This document shows positions 38,256 to 48,463 of a stretch of DNA of 64,000 nucleotides, piece by piece (positions within the stretch are counted from its first letter, which is position 1; every line of letters starts with the position of its first letter). Under the pieces are notes generated by a model that ran no database searches, was not told the DNA's origin, and saw only the letters and a program-made list of their open reading frames with translations. Source of the stretch: an uncultured Bacilli bacterium (lineage in GTDB: Bacteria > Bacillota_I > Bacilli_A > RF39 > UBA660). The translations under genes and the position numbers were made by a program. The stretch spans positions 11,638-75,637 of the forward strand of contig CANQRL010000006.1 in assembly GCA_947626275.1 (NCBI GenBank), given 5' to 3'.

Positions 38256-39974
38256 ATGTACCAGGCATTATATCGAAAATATCGACCAAAAAGTTTTGAT
38301 GATGTGGTTGGACAAGATGTCATTATTAAAACGTTAACCAATGCAATTCAAAATGATAAGGTAAGTCATGCCTACCTTTTTACTGGACCAAGAGGAACAG
38401 GAAAAACAAGTATTGCAAAGATTTATGCCAAAATATTGAATTGTGAACACTTGGAAAATTTAAAACCTTGTGAAAAATGTACGTCTTGCGTACAAATAAA
38501 TAATAATCAAAATATTGATGTTATTGAAATTGATGCTGCTTCTAATAACGGCGTTGATGAAATAAGAGAAATTCGTAATAAAATAGGACTTGTACCTTCT
38601 AATAGTAAATATAAAATTTATATTATTGATGAGGTACACATGCTTACCAATCAAGCTTTTAATGCCTTATTAAAAACATTAGAGGAGCCTCCTAGCCATA
38701 TAATTTTTATTTTTGCGACAACGGAACCACATAAAATACCTAGGACGATTCTCTCTCGTTGCCAACGGTTTGATTTCAAAAAAATAAGTAATAAACATAT
38801 TGTTGAAAGATTAAAACATATTGCTGAGATAGAAAATATAAAAATTACCGAGGAGGCCCTAAATGAAATTGCTGTTTTGGCAGATGGTGGACTTCGTGAT
38901 TCAATAGGAATGTTAGATCAAGCTGTTTCTTATTCAAATGAGGAGATTACTTTAAAAGATATTCATGATATTAATGGAACTGTTGATCAAGAAGAAATTC
39001 GAGCTCTACTAAAGGCTATCTTTGATAAAAATATGGTAACAATCTTAGAGAAGATAGAAGAATATGAAGAACAAGGAAAAAACATTGTTAAGATAGCGCA
39101 AGAAATGATTGATGAATTAAAAAATATCATCTTATATAGAAACGTTCCAAACTTTTTTGAAGAAAAGACAGAGTTTTATGAAAATGTCAAAGATAATGTA
39201 AATAATACACAAATATACTGTTATATTCATTCTTTATCAGAATTAGTTGGAAACATGAAAAATTCAAGTAATAATAAGATATTATTAGAAATTGAATTGA
39301 TAAAAATGATTACAGAAGAAACCAATTCTGTGCCAATACAGGAACAAGTTTCTGTGAAACAAACGCCAGAAAAAATCAAAGAAACACCAACAAAAGAACA
39401 AGAAGAAGTAAAAGAAAAGTCAGTTGAAAAATCATCAACACCAAAAGAAATAACTCCTAAGAAAATAGATTTTTCTTCCGTATTATCAGAAGAGGCTATG
39501 CAAAGTCTAAATGAACTTAAAAAAATTCGTATTAATAATTCTTTAGTGGCTGTTTCGCAAAAAAATCGAAATGCTTTCAAAGAAAAATTAGAAGATTTAA
39601 AAGAATTATTAATGGACCCGGATTATAGTAAATTAATTTCTTTATTATTTGATGGTGAATTAAAAGTTATTAGTGATAAAAATATGATTTTTGTTTATAA
39701 AACAAATCTTTTAGCGGAAGCTTTTAACTTAGAATTATTATCATTAGAAAAAGTTTTTCTTGAAAAATTTAAAGAGCAATATCGATTAATTGCCGTTGAT
39801 GAAGAAGAATGGAATACGATTAAAACGGAATATAATAAAAATAAAAATAATTATCAATATCAAGAAGAAACAATTGATGTTCCTAAAATTTTTGCCACTA
39901 CTTCTAATAATGTGGCAAAGAAAAATATGATTGATGAATTATTTGATAGTTTTGTTGAATATGAAGAAAAATAG
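38256..39974 (+). CDS. dnaX: DNA polymerase III gamma/tau
   Basis: ALYRKYRPKSF, GPRGTGKT, IDAASNNGVDEIR, IIDEVHML, SRCQRF. Confidence 0.97.
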   Translation: MYQALYRKYRPKSFDDVVGQDVIIKTLTNAIQNDKVSHAYLFTGPRGTGKTSIAKIYAKILNCEHLENLKPCEKCTSCVQINNNQNIDVIEIDAASNNGVDEIREIRNKIGLVPSNSKYKIYIIDEVHMLTNQAFNALLKTLEEPPSHIIFIFATTEPHKIPRTILSRCQRFDFKKISNKHIVERLKHIAEIENIKITEEALNEIAVLADGGLRDSIGMLDQAVSYSNEEITLKDIHDINGTVDQEEIRALLKAIFDKNMVTILEKIEEYEEQGKNIVKIAQEMIDELKNIILYRNVPNFFEEKTEFYENVKDNVNNTQIYCYIHSLSELVGNMKNSSNNKILLEIELIKMITEETNSVPIQEQVSVKQTPEKIKETPTKEQEEVKEKSVEKSSTPKEITPKKIDFSSVLSEEAMQSLNELKKIRINNSLVAVSQKNRNAFKEKLEDLKELLMDPDYSKLISLLFDGELKVISDKNMIFVYKTNLLAEAFNLELLSLEKVFLEKFKEQYRLIAVDEEEWNTIKTEYNKNKNNYQYQEETIDVPKIFATTSNNVAKKNMIDELFDSFVEYEEK

Positions 39975-39989
39975 AAAGAAGGAATAAAT

Positions 39990-40286
39990 ATGAATATGCA
40001 AGCAATGATGAAACAAGCACAAAAATTACAAAAGGATATGATGGCAACTCAAAAACAAATAGAAGAAATGGAGTTTACTGGAAAATCTTCTATAGTAACC
40101 GTTACTATGAATGGTAAGAAGCAATTACAATCTGTTGAAATTGATTCAGAATCAATGGATAAAGAGGAAATTGAAATGCTACAGGATATGATCATGGTAG
40201 CGATTAATGATGCTATGAAGCAAGTAGATAAAGTAACTGAAGAAAAAATGGGTGTATACACAAAAGGACTTCCAGGATTATTCTAA
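39990..40286 (+). CDS. YbaB/EbfC nucleoid-associated protein
   Basis: MMKQAQKLQ, VTMNG, EMLQDMI..AINDA; between dnaX and recR. Confidence 0.92.
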   Translation: MNMQAMMKQAQKLQKDMMATQKQIEEMEFTGKSSIVTVTMNGKKQLQSVEIDSESMDKEEIEMLQDMIMVAINDAMKQVDKVTEEKMGVYTKGLPGLF

Positions 40287-40894
40287 TGCGATACCCAACA
40301 ACTATTCAAAATTTAATTGAATGTTTTAATCATCTACCAGGAATTGGCGAAAAAACAGCGGAAAGGCTTGCCTTATCAACCCTTAATTTTGATGAGGAAA
40401 CCATTCAAATATTTGCTAAATCATTAAAAGATGTGAAAACAAAAATTCAAAAGTGCTCTCGTTGTAACAATCTTGCAGAAGGGGATTTATGTGAGATTTG
40501 TAAAGACGATAGTCGTGATAAAAAGGTATTGTGTGTAGTAGAAAACCCTAAAAATATTATGTTATTTGAAAAATTAGGAACTTTTCGAGGATATTATCAT
40601 GTAATAGATGGATTGATTTCTCCATTAGATGGAATTAATCCAGAAGATATTCATATTCCTCAACTGATTGAAAGAATCAAAAAAGAAAAAATTGAGGAAG
40701 TTATTTTAGCTTTAAAGCCAAGTGTAGAGGGAGAAACGACATCTCTTTATATCTCTAAATTATTATCTAAAACAAATGTTCTTGTTTCAAAAATAGCGCA
40801 TGGTGTTCCTCTTGGGGCAGATATGGACTATGTCGATTCTCTCACCCTAGAATTAGCGTTAGAAAATCGTAAAAAAATATCTGCTGACGAATAG
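40286..40894 (+). CDS. recR: Recombination mediator RecR
   Basis: LPGIGEKTAERLA, C4 zinc finger, ISPLDG, VEGETT, IAHGVPLG. Confidence 0.96.
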   Translation: MRYPTTIQNLIECFNHLPGIGEKTAERLALSTLNFDEETIQIFAKSLKDVKTKIQKCSRCNNLAEGDLCEICKDDSRDKKVLCVVENPKNIMLFEKLGTFRGYYHVIDGLISPLDGINPEDIHIPQLIERIKKEKIEEVILALKPSVEGETTSLYISKLLSKTNVLVSKIAHGVPLGADMDYVDSLTLELALENRKKISADE

Positions 40895-40937
40895 TTCTTA
40901 ATCTTTCCTTTCTTCATACATTTTATTAGGTGAAAGT

Positions 40938-41123
40938 ATGAAGAGATTGATTACTTATGGAAAAAAAATCATTTTCAGTTCTTTTTTACTCTATGGATAT
41001 AATCTATTGGTTCAACCTCTCAATTTAATGATTCCAATTAATATAATAACGGTTTTATTAGTTACCTTTTTAGGGGTTCCAGCTCTTATATCCATGATTT
41101 TAATTTTGATTTATGTTTATTAG
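40938..41123 (+). CDS. bofA: Pro-sigma-K processing inhibitor BofA family protein
   Basis: 61-aa hydrophobic protein with IPINIITV....FLGVPA motif; follows recR as in B. subtilis. Confidence 0.7.
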   Translation: MKRLITYGKKIIFSSFLLYGYNLLVQPLNLMIPINIITVLLVTFLGVPALISMILILIYVY

Positions 41124-41131
41124 GAGGATGT

Positions 41132-42100
41132 ATGTTAGATGAGTATGCTCTAGAACAACCCATTATCTATAAAACTCTTTTAAATGCGGTTTTAAAAAAT
41201 ACAATTACGCATGCTTATCTTTTAGAATTAAATGGATATTCTAAAGGTTTTGATTTTGCAATGGCTTTTGCAAAATTTTTGCTATGTCCAAATCATTATC
41301 CTAATGGTGAAAAATGTAATGGATGTCATCAATGTGAAACGATAGATGATGGAAACTTTTTGGAATTAAAAATTATTCATCCCGATGGACAATGGATCAA
41401 AAAAGAACAATTAGAAGAATTGCAACAAGAATTTAACCGAAAAGCTCTTGTTGGAAATCAAAAAATCTATATCATTGATGGGGCAGATAAGCTAAATACC
41501 TCTTCTGCCAATTCTATTTTAAAATTTTTGGAAGAACCTGTACCGGAAATAACGGCTATTTTACTGGTGGATAATGCTTATCAAGTCATGAATACCATTG
41601 TTTCTCGGTGCCAAATTCTATCATTGAAAAAGGAAAATATCTATCAAAAAGCACAGTTAGATTTAAAATCCAAACTTGCCTATTACTCTTTTCATGAACA
41701 AGACGAAATTCAAAAATTTTTAAATAATGAGGATACAGACGAAAAAATCACATCTGTGGTAGATTATATCTATTATCTAGAAAAGAACGGTTATCAAGCG
41801 ATTATTTACAAAAATAAGCCGTTTTTAGAAATCTTTAATGATAAAAATTTATTGTACCTTGCCTTTCAATGGTTTATATTGTATTATAAAGATGTTTTGA
41901 ATTGCTTGATGAAGAAAAATATAGAATTTTTTCAAGAAGAGAAAGATAAAATGGAAGAAATAGCCGCTAAAAACACATTATTATCGGTATCAAAAAAATT
42001 AGAGATACTATTAGATTTAAGTGAAAAAATAAAATTTAATGTCAATGCGACGATGTTGATGGACAAACTCGTGATTGATTTAATGGAGGTGAAAAAATGA
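41132..42100 (+). CDS. holB: DNA polymerase III delta-prime
   Basis: HAYL, C4 zinc motif, IKKEQ, ADKLN.SSANSILKFLEEP, TIVSRCQ. Confidence 0.92.
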   Translation: MLDEYALEQPIIYKTLLNAVLKNTITHAYLLELNGYSKGFDFAMAFAKFLLCPNHYPNGEKCNGCHQCETIDDGNFLELKIIHPDGQWIKKEQLEELQQEFNRKALVGNQKIYIIDGADKLNTSSANSILKFLEEPVPEITAILLVDNAYQVMNTIVSRCQILSLKKENIYQKAQLDLKSKLAYYSFHEQDEIQKFLNNEDTDEKITSVVDYIYYLEKNGYQAIIYKNKPFLEIFNDKNLLYLAFQWFILYYKDVLNCLMKKNIEFFQEEKDKMEEIAAKNTLLSVSKKLEILLDLSEKIKFNVNATMLMDKLVIDLMEVKK

Positions 42101-42891
42101 TTTCAGTAGTAGGTGTTAATTTTAAAAAGAACGGTAAAGTTTATCATTTTTCACCAAACCATCTAGATGTTCATACGGGAGATGAAGTTGTTGTAGAAAC
42201 GGAAAGAGGATATCAGTACGGTTTTGTTACAACAGATCCTTATGAAATTGAAGATCGAAATTTGAAGTCTGCTTTATGTAGTATTGTCCGAGTTGCAACC
42301 AAAGAAGATCAAAAAAAATATGAGAAGAATATGGAAGATGAGAAAAAAGCTTTAAAAAAATGCCGTGAATTAATTGATAAATATAAATTAAATATGTATG
42401 TTATTGATGCTAGTTTCACGTTAGACAGATCCCAACTATTTTTCCGGTTTATGGCCGATGAAAGAGTTGATTTTAGAACACTTGCTAAGGATTTAGCGAA
42501 TATCTATAAAACGAGAATTGAATTGAGACAAGTAGGGGTTCGTGATAAAGCAAAAGAAGTGGGCGGATACGGTTCTTGTGGAAGACCACTTTGCTGTGCG
42601 AAATTTTTATCAGATTTTGATTCGGTATCTATTAATATGGCAAAGAATCAAAATATTGCTTTAAATCCAAGTAAAATTAATGGAGCGTGTGGAAGACTTC
42701 TCTGTTGTTTAAAATACGAAGATGATTGTTATCAAGAGCTTCGTCAAGGACTTCCAAAAGTTGGTAAAAAAGTTATGACAGAACAAGGAGAAGGAAAAGT
42801 CATTAGTATTGATATTTTAAAAGGAAGTTATCGGGTCAATGTTCCTGATGTGGGAATCATAGAGCTAGAAAAAGAGCAAAATGAAGGTTAA
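42097..42891 (+). CDS. yaaT: PSP1-domain protein YaaT/RicT
   Basis: RVDFRTL, RIELRQVGVRD.AK..GG.G.CGRPLCC, KINGACGRLLCCLKYE. Confidence 0.93.
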   Translation: MISVVGVNFKKNGKVYHFSPNHLDVHTGDEVVVETERGYQYGFVTTDPYEIEDRNLKSALCSIVRVATKEDQKKYEKNMEDEKKALKKCRELIDKYKLNMYVIDASFTLDRSQLFFRFMADERVDFRTLAKDLANIYKTRIELRQVGVRDKAKEVGGYGSCGRPLCCAKFLSDFDSVSINMAKNQNIALNPSKINGACGRLLCCLKYEDDCYQELRQGLPKVGKKVMTEQGEGKVISIDILKGSYRVNVPDVGIIELEKEQNEG

Positions 42892-43606
42892 AAACTATTT
42901 ATTAGGATATCAAAATCTTTATATTTATCAGGATACTGCGATGTTTCATTTCTCTTTAGATTCGGTATTATTACCTAATTTTATAACGATACCAAAAAAT
43001 GCGAAAAAAATATTGGATATAGGGACAGGAAATGCCCCTATTCCTTTAATTTTATCGACTAAGACGGATTGTCCTATTGTTGGAGTAGAAATTCAAAAAG
43101 AAGTTGCTTCTTTGGCAAAAGATTCCGTTTTATTGAACCATTTAGAAAAGCAAATAACAATTTTAGAAGGAGATATTAAAGAAGTATCAAAGACATGGGA
43201 AGAAGAGTCTTTTGATGTCATTACTTGCAATCCCCCTTATTTTAAATATCAGCCTTCTTCTAATGTAAATAGTAATGATTACAAGACCATTGCTCGTCAT
43301 GAAGTTGCTTTAACCTTAGAACAATTAATTGAGATTAGTAGTAGACTTTTAACTCATAATGGGGTTTTTGGACTTGTTCATCGCCCTGAAAGATTAATTG
43401 ATATTATTGAGACGATGAGAAAATATCATATAGAGCCAAAAAAAATAGAACTTGTCCACCCTCACCCTAAAGAGGAAGCTAATATTTTATTAATTGAGGG
43501 AAGAAAGCAAGGACGTCCAGGATTAAAAGTACTACCGCCCCTTTATAGTCATCAAGAAAATGGGGAATACACAGAAGAAATCCAGAAATATTTTGAAAAT
43601 AATTGA
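42881..43606 (+). CDS. tRNA1(Val) adenine-37 N6-methyltransferase (YabB/TrmN6 family)
   Basis: FSLDSVLL, DIGTGN, CNPPYF, IARHE, HRPERL. Confidence 0.88.
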   Translation: MKVKNYLLGYQNLYIYQDTAMFHFSLDSVLLPNFITIPKNAKKILDIGTGNAPIPLILSTKTDCPIVGVEIQKEVASLAKDSVLLNHLEKQITILEGDIKEVSKTWEEESFDVITCNPPYFKYQPSSNVNSNDYKTIARHEVALTLEQLIEISSRLLTHNGVFGLVHRPERLIDIIETMRKYHIEPKKIELVHPHPKEEANILLIEGRKQGRPGLKVLPPLYSHQENGEYTEEIQKYFENN

Positions 43607-43612
43607 GGTGAT

Positions 43613-44461
43613 TTGATGTCACAAAAAAGTTATGATGGGAGTCCAACTCTTTATCTAATACCTACCCCTATTGGAAATATGGATGATTTAACATATCGTA
43701 CAGTCAAAGTATTAGAAAGTGTAGATGTTTTATTCTGTGAAGATACAAGAGAAACAGGACTTCTTTTAAATTATTTAGGCATTAAGAAAAAATTGATTGC
43801 GAATCATGAGTATAATGAAGCCAATAATCATGGAAAAATTTTAGAGTATCTAAAAGAAGGAAAAACGGTTGGCTTAGTAAGTGATCGAGGAACACCTGTT
43901 ATCAGTGATCCTGGTTATGAACTTGCTCGTTATGTTATAGAAGAAGGATATAATGTTGTTGCTCTTCCAGGTGCGACTGCGTTGATACCTGCCTTAATTA
44001 CTTCCGGTCTTGCTCCTATGCCATTTCTTTTCTATGGTTTTTTAAATAGTAAAAAGTCTAAAAAAGAACAGGAATTAGAGTCATTAAAACGAGAAAAAGC
44101 GACCATGATATTTTATGAAGCTCCCCATCGTATAGAAGAGACATTAACCTCTATGTTGAACATTTTGGGAAATAGAAAAATTAGTATTTCCCGGGAAATA
44201 ACCAAAAAATACGAAGAAATTTATCGGGGAAATATTTCTGATATTCTTCCAAAAACACTTGAAATGAAAGGGGAAATGGTTATTGTAGTAGCGGGAAATA
44301 ATGAAATGAGAGATTTTTCTTCGCTTACGATAACTGAGCATGTAAACCTCTATTTAGAAGATGGACTATCCAAAATGGATGCCATGAAACAAGTCGCCAA
44401 AGAGCGGGGTATTAAAAAAAGTGAAGTCTATGAAGAATATGTAAGGGGAGAGGACAAATGA
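43613..44461 (+). CDS. rsmI: 16S rRNA C1402 2'-O-methyltransferase
   Basis: LYLIPTPIGN..D, CEDTR, SDRGTP.ISDPG, FYEAPHR, SREITKKYEE. Confidence 0.95.
   Translation: MMSQKSYDGSPTLYLIPTPIGNMDDLTYRTVKVLESVDVLFCEDTRETGLLLNYLGIKKKLIANHEYNEANNHGKILEYLKEGKTVGLVSDRGTPVISDPGYELARYVIEEGYNVVALPGATALIPALITSGLAPMPFLFYGFLNSKKSKKEQELESLKREKATMIFYEAPHRIEETLTSMLNILGNRKISISREITKKYEEIYRGNISDILPKTLEMKGEMVIVVAGNNEMRDFSSLTITEHVNLYLEDGLSKMDAMKQVAKERGIKKSEVYEEYVRGEDK
44185..44200. promoter_or_regulatory. Perfect Noc-binding site (NBS) inside rsmI
   Basis: TATTTCCCGGGAAATA exact palindrome. Confidence 0.75.
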
Positions 44462-45018
44462 AATTAATTGTCGGTTTGGGAAATCCTGGAAAGGAATATG
44501 AAAACACGCGCCATAACGTGGGATTTATGGCATTAGATAGAATTGCGCAGTTTCTAGGAGTAATATTTCAAAAAGAAAAATTCCAAGGTCTCTATGCAGA
44601 AGCAACGTATGAAGGAGAAAAATATATTTTATTAAAGCCACAAAAATATATGAATCTATCAGGAGAGGTAGTAGGAGACTTTGTTCGTTTCTTCAAGATA
44701 GATCATAAGGATATTTTAGTTCTCTATGATGATTTAGATACTGCTATAGGGAGTATGAGATTACGCTATCAAGGAAGTAGCGGTGGACATAATGGAATTA
44801 AAAATATCGAAATGCATTTAGGAACGAGAGAGTACAATCGAATTAAATTTGGAATTTCGAATAATAAAACCATGGATACGAAAGATTATGTTTTAGGTCA
44901 TTTTTCCAAAGAAGAAAAAGAATTAATGGATAAAACATTAGATAAAGTGGTTGATATTTTTAAAGATTATTCGAAATTAACGTTTGATAATTTAATGAAT
45001 AAATATAATGGTAAATAG
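44458..45018 (+). CDS. pth: Peptidyl-tRNA hydrolase
   Basis: VGLGNPG..Y..TRHNVGF, KPQKYMNLSG, DDLD, GGHNG. Confidence 0.97.
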   Translation: MKLIVGLGNPGKEYENTRHNVGFMALDRIAQFLGVIFQKEKFQGLYAEATYEGEKYILLKPQKYMNLSGEVVGDFVRFFKIDHKDILVLYDDLDTAIGSMRLRYQGSSGGHNGIKNIEMHLGTREYNRIKFGISNNKTMDTKDYVLGHFSKEEKELMDKTLDKVVDIFKDYSKLTFDNLMNKYNGK

Positions 45019-45055
45019 TTTATTTATCATTTTTTCCGTGTAGAAAGGAGGAAAT

Positions 45056-48000
45056 ATGAAAACGATTTTTTCATCTTTTAAAGAGGAAGATTTTTCTTCT
45101 AATGAAGAAGCAATATCTGGTCTTACTCCAGAATTAAAAGTACAATATATTGTTAAAAAATTAGAAAAATGTGAAAATTCTATTGTTTTTGTTTGTTCTT
45201 CTTTATACGACGCTAATACGTATTTTCAAAAATTTTTAAACTATACCAATGCCGTTTACTTTTTTCCAATGGATGACTTTCTAACAAGTGAGGCTTTAGC
45301 GATTTCTCCTGAATTAAAAATAACGAGATTAGAGACGTTAAAAAAAGCAACAGAAGAAAAATGTATTATTGTTACCAATTTAATGGGATATCTTCGCTTT
45401 TTACCTCCTAAAGATATTTATTTAGATAGTTATATTTCTTTAAAGGTAAACGATGAAATAGAAATTGCAAAATTAGTAGAAAAACTTTATGCCATTGGAT
45501 ACACGAGAGAGACACTTGTTAATAAAACGGGAGAAATAGCCGTTCGTGGATATGTTTTAGATATTTTTCCAATTGGTAGGGAAAATCCTATCCGTTTAGA
45601 ATTCTGGGGAGATACTATTGAAAGTATTAGAGAATTTAATGTTGAAACACAATTAACTATTTCTCCTTTAAAAGAAATTTCTCTATCTCCTAGTACGGAA
45701 TTTTTAACAGGAAAACCTATCGAGGTAGAAGAGAAACAAAAAAATTTACCAAACTATGTAACTCCTAGTCATCTTTATGATTATGTCGAAAAACCATTGA
45801 TTGTTCTAAATGATTATCAAAATATTGAAGCAAGTGTAACTCTTTTATTTGAGGAGATAGAAGAATATCGCAAAAATAATGATGAACCGAATTCTTTAGA
45901 ATACATGTTTCCTTTTACAATTCCTAAAGATGTGCTTTATTTTATTAATTTTGATAATGAAATTCCAACCGTTCCTAAAAAGAAAAAATATCAGTCTTAT
46001 ACGATTGATAATTTTCAGGGAAAACAAAGCGAGATTAATAAAAGACTAAATCAATATTTAAAAGATGGTTATACCGTTATTATTGCGATTAGTAACCGGT
46101 ATTTAGCGAATAAACTTTTAGACTATTTAGAAAATCCTTTTCTTGTTTTCACTTCTATTCAAGAATTATTACCAGATAAAATCAATCTTGTTTTAGCAAA
46201 AATATCAGAGGGATATATCTTTGAAAAATATGTTGTTATCAGTGAAAAAGAAATCTTTAATAAAAAAGAAGGAAATGCTATTTACAAGACGAACTTTAAA
46301 ATTGGTAGTAAAGTTCGTGATATCAATAAATTAGAAATAGGGGATTATATTGTTCATAATGTCCATGGTATTGGAAGATACTGTGGTATAAAGACCCTTT
46401 CTAAGAATGGTCTACAAAAAGATTATTTAATGTTGGAATATAAAGGGGGAGATAAACTTTATATTCCTGTTGAAAAATTAGAGTTAATTAGTAAGTATTC
46501 CTCTGCTGATGGAATTGCTCCAAGATTAAATAAATTAGGCGGAGTAGAGTGGCAAAAGACAAAATTAAGAGTAAAAGAAAAGCTTGAAAATATTGCTTCT
46601 GATCTTTTAGAACTTTATGCTTTAAGGGAGAGTACCGAAGGTTTTGCTTTTCAAAAAGATGATGAAGAACAAATTGAATTTGAAAAAGAATTTGTGTATG
46701 ATGAGACGCAAGATCAGTTAAGAGTAATTGACGAAATCAAAAAGGATATGGAGTCTCATCATCCTATGGATAGACTTCTTTGTGGAGATGTTGGCTATGG
46801 AAAAACCGAAGTAGCTTTTCGCGCTATTTTTAAAGCCATTTTATCGGGAAAACAGGTTGCCTTTTTATGTCCTACCACTATTCTTTCCAATCAACACTAT
46901 CATAATGCCTTAGATCGTTTTAAAAACTATCCGGTAGAAATTGAGCTCATGAATCGTTTTGTTTCTTCTAAAAAGCAAAAAGAAATTATCGAACGATTAA
47001 AAGAGGGAAAGATAGATTTATTAATTGGAACCCATCGCCTTTTAAGTGATGATATTGAATTTAAAAATTTGGGATTATTAGTCATTGATGAGGAACAACG
47101 ATTTGGAGTAAAACACAAGGAAAAAATAAAACAATATAAAAATAATATTGATGTTTTAACTCTTTCTGCTACCCCAATTCCTCGTACTCTACAGATGTCT
47201 ATGACGGGCGTAAGAAGTTTATCTTTAATCGAGACTCCTCCTACTAACCGATATCCAATTCAGACATACGTGCTAGAGGAAAATAAACAGATTATAAAAG
47301 ATGCTATTTATAAGGAATTAGCTCGTGATGGGCAGACTTTTATTCTCTATAATCATATTGATGATATGGAAGCGAAAGCTCGAGAAATTCAGGCGTTAGT
47401 GCCAGAAGCTAGAATCGTATGTGCTCATGGAAAAATGGATAAAGAAACGCTTGAAGATGTCATGATTCACTTCATGGAAAAAGAATATGATATTCTTCTT
47501 TGTACAACCATTATTGAAACGGGTATCGATATTCCAAGTGTAAATACATTAATTATTATTGATGCGGATCGCTTTGGATTATCACAACTTTATCAAATTC
47601 GTGGTAGAGTAGGTAGAAGTAATAAAATCGCTTATTGCTATCTCATGTATAATAAAGGCAAAATATTAAGTGATGTCGCAACCAAACGACTAAGTGTCAT
47701 TAAAGAATTCACGGAATTAGGTAGTGGATTCAGTATTGCGATGCGAGATCTTTCTATTCGTGGTGCCGGAGATATTTTGGGTAGTGAACAAGCGGGATTT
47801 GTAGATAGTGTCGGAGTAGAACTTTTTATTCGTATGTTAAATGATGAAGTAAAACGTCTAAAAGGAGAAAGTGTTGAGGAAGAAGAGGAAACTGATCAAC
47901 CGCTTTTGGAAGTATCTACAACAATTACAGACGATTATGTCAAAGAAGAAGATCTTAAAATTGAAATTCATAAAATGATTAATGAAATTCATACAGAAGA

Positions 48001-48352
48001 AGATTTCCTAAAAGTAAAGCAAGAATTAGAAGATCGCTTTGGTACCTTAAGTGAAGATGTATTAATCTACATGCGGGAAGAATTATTTGAAACCGAAGCG
48101 AAAAAACTTAATATTACCAAAATTATTCAGACGAAAAACTTTATTGAAGTCCATCTCCCTCGTGAGTTAACGGATAATATCAATGGCGATGAATTATTCT
48201 TAAAAGTTTGTTCTTTAACTCGTAAATTTCGGTTTGGTATGCGAAATAAAGAATTAATTATTACCTTAGATACGGTTAATCTAGATAAACATTACATTTA
48301 TTATTTAATGGATTTACTAAAAATTATTAATGAATCTAAAAAAATAAAATGA
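45056..48352 (+). CDS. mfd: Transcription-repair coupling factor
   Basis: CarD-like RID, DRLLCGDVGYGKT, DEEQRFGV, SATPIPRTL, QIRGRVGRS, RDLSIRGAG. Confidence 0.97.
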   Translation: MKTIFSSFKEEDFSSNEEAISGLTPELKVQYIVKKLEKCENSIVFVCSSLYDANTYFQKFLNYTNAVYFFPMDDFLTSEALAISPELKITRLETLKKATEEKCIIVTNLMGYLRFLPPKDIYLDSYISLKVNDEIEIAKLVEKLYAIGYTRETLVNKTGEIAVRGYVLDIFPIGRENPIRLEFWGDTIESIREFNVETQLTISPLKEISLSPSTEFLTGKPIEVEEKQKNLPNYVTPSHLYDYVEKPLIVLNDYQNIEASVTLLFEEIEEYRKNNDEPNSLEYMFPFTIPKDVLYFINFDNEIPTVPKKKKYQSYTIDNFQGKQSEINKRLNQYLKDGYTVIIAISNRYLANKLLDYLENPFLVFTSIQELLPDKINLVLAKISEGYIFEKYVVISEKEIFNKKEGNAIYKTNFKIGSKVRDINKLEIGDYIVHNVHGIGRYCGIKTLSKNGLQKDYLMLEYKGGDKLYIPVEKLELISKYSSADGIAPRLNKLGGVEWQKTKLRVKEKLENIASDLLELYALRESTEGFAFQKDDEEQIEFEKEFVYDETQDQLRVIDEIKKDMESHHPMDRLLCGDVGYGKTEVAFRAIFKAILSGKQVAFLCPTTILSNQHYHNALDRFKNYPVEIELMNRFVSSKKQKEIIERLKEGKIDLLIGTHRLLSDDIEFKNLGLLVIDEEQRFGVKHKEKIKQYKNNIDVLTLSATPIPRTLQMSMTGVRSLSLIETPPTNRYPIQTYVLEENKQIIKDAIYKELARDGQTFILYNHIDDMEAKAREIQALVPEARIVCAHGKMDKETLEDVMIHFMEKEYDILLCTTIIETGIDIPSVNTLIIIDADRFGLSQLYQIRGRVGRSNKIAYCYLMYNKGKILSDVATKRLSVIKEFTELGSGFSIAMRDLSIRGAGDILGSEQAGFVDSVGVELFIRMLNDEVKRLKGESVEEEEETDQPLLEVSTTITDDYVKEEDLKIEIHKMINEIHTEEDFLKVKQELEDRFGTLSEDVLIYMREELFETEAKKLNITKIIQTKNFIEVHLPRELTDNINGDELFLKVCSLTRKFRFGMRNKELIITLDTVNLDKHYIYYLMDLLKIINESKKIK

Positions 48353-48384
48353 TATTCAGATACCCTACTGGATATCTTTTTTTT
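48351..48384 (+). terminator. Terminator after mfd
   Basis: GATATTCAG-N8-CTGGATATC plus T run. Confidence 0.7.
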
Positions 48385-48463
48385 AAAGAAAGTAAATATG
48401 AATAAATATGGATTAAAAATTTTATTAATGGTATACTGAGTAATAGGAGCATAGGTGATTCTA

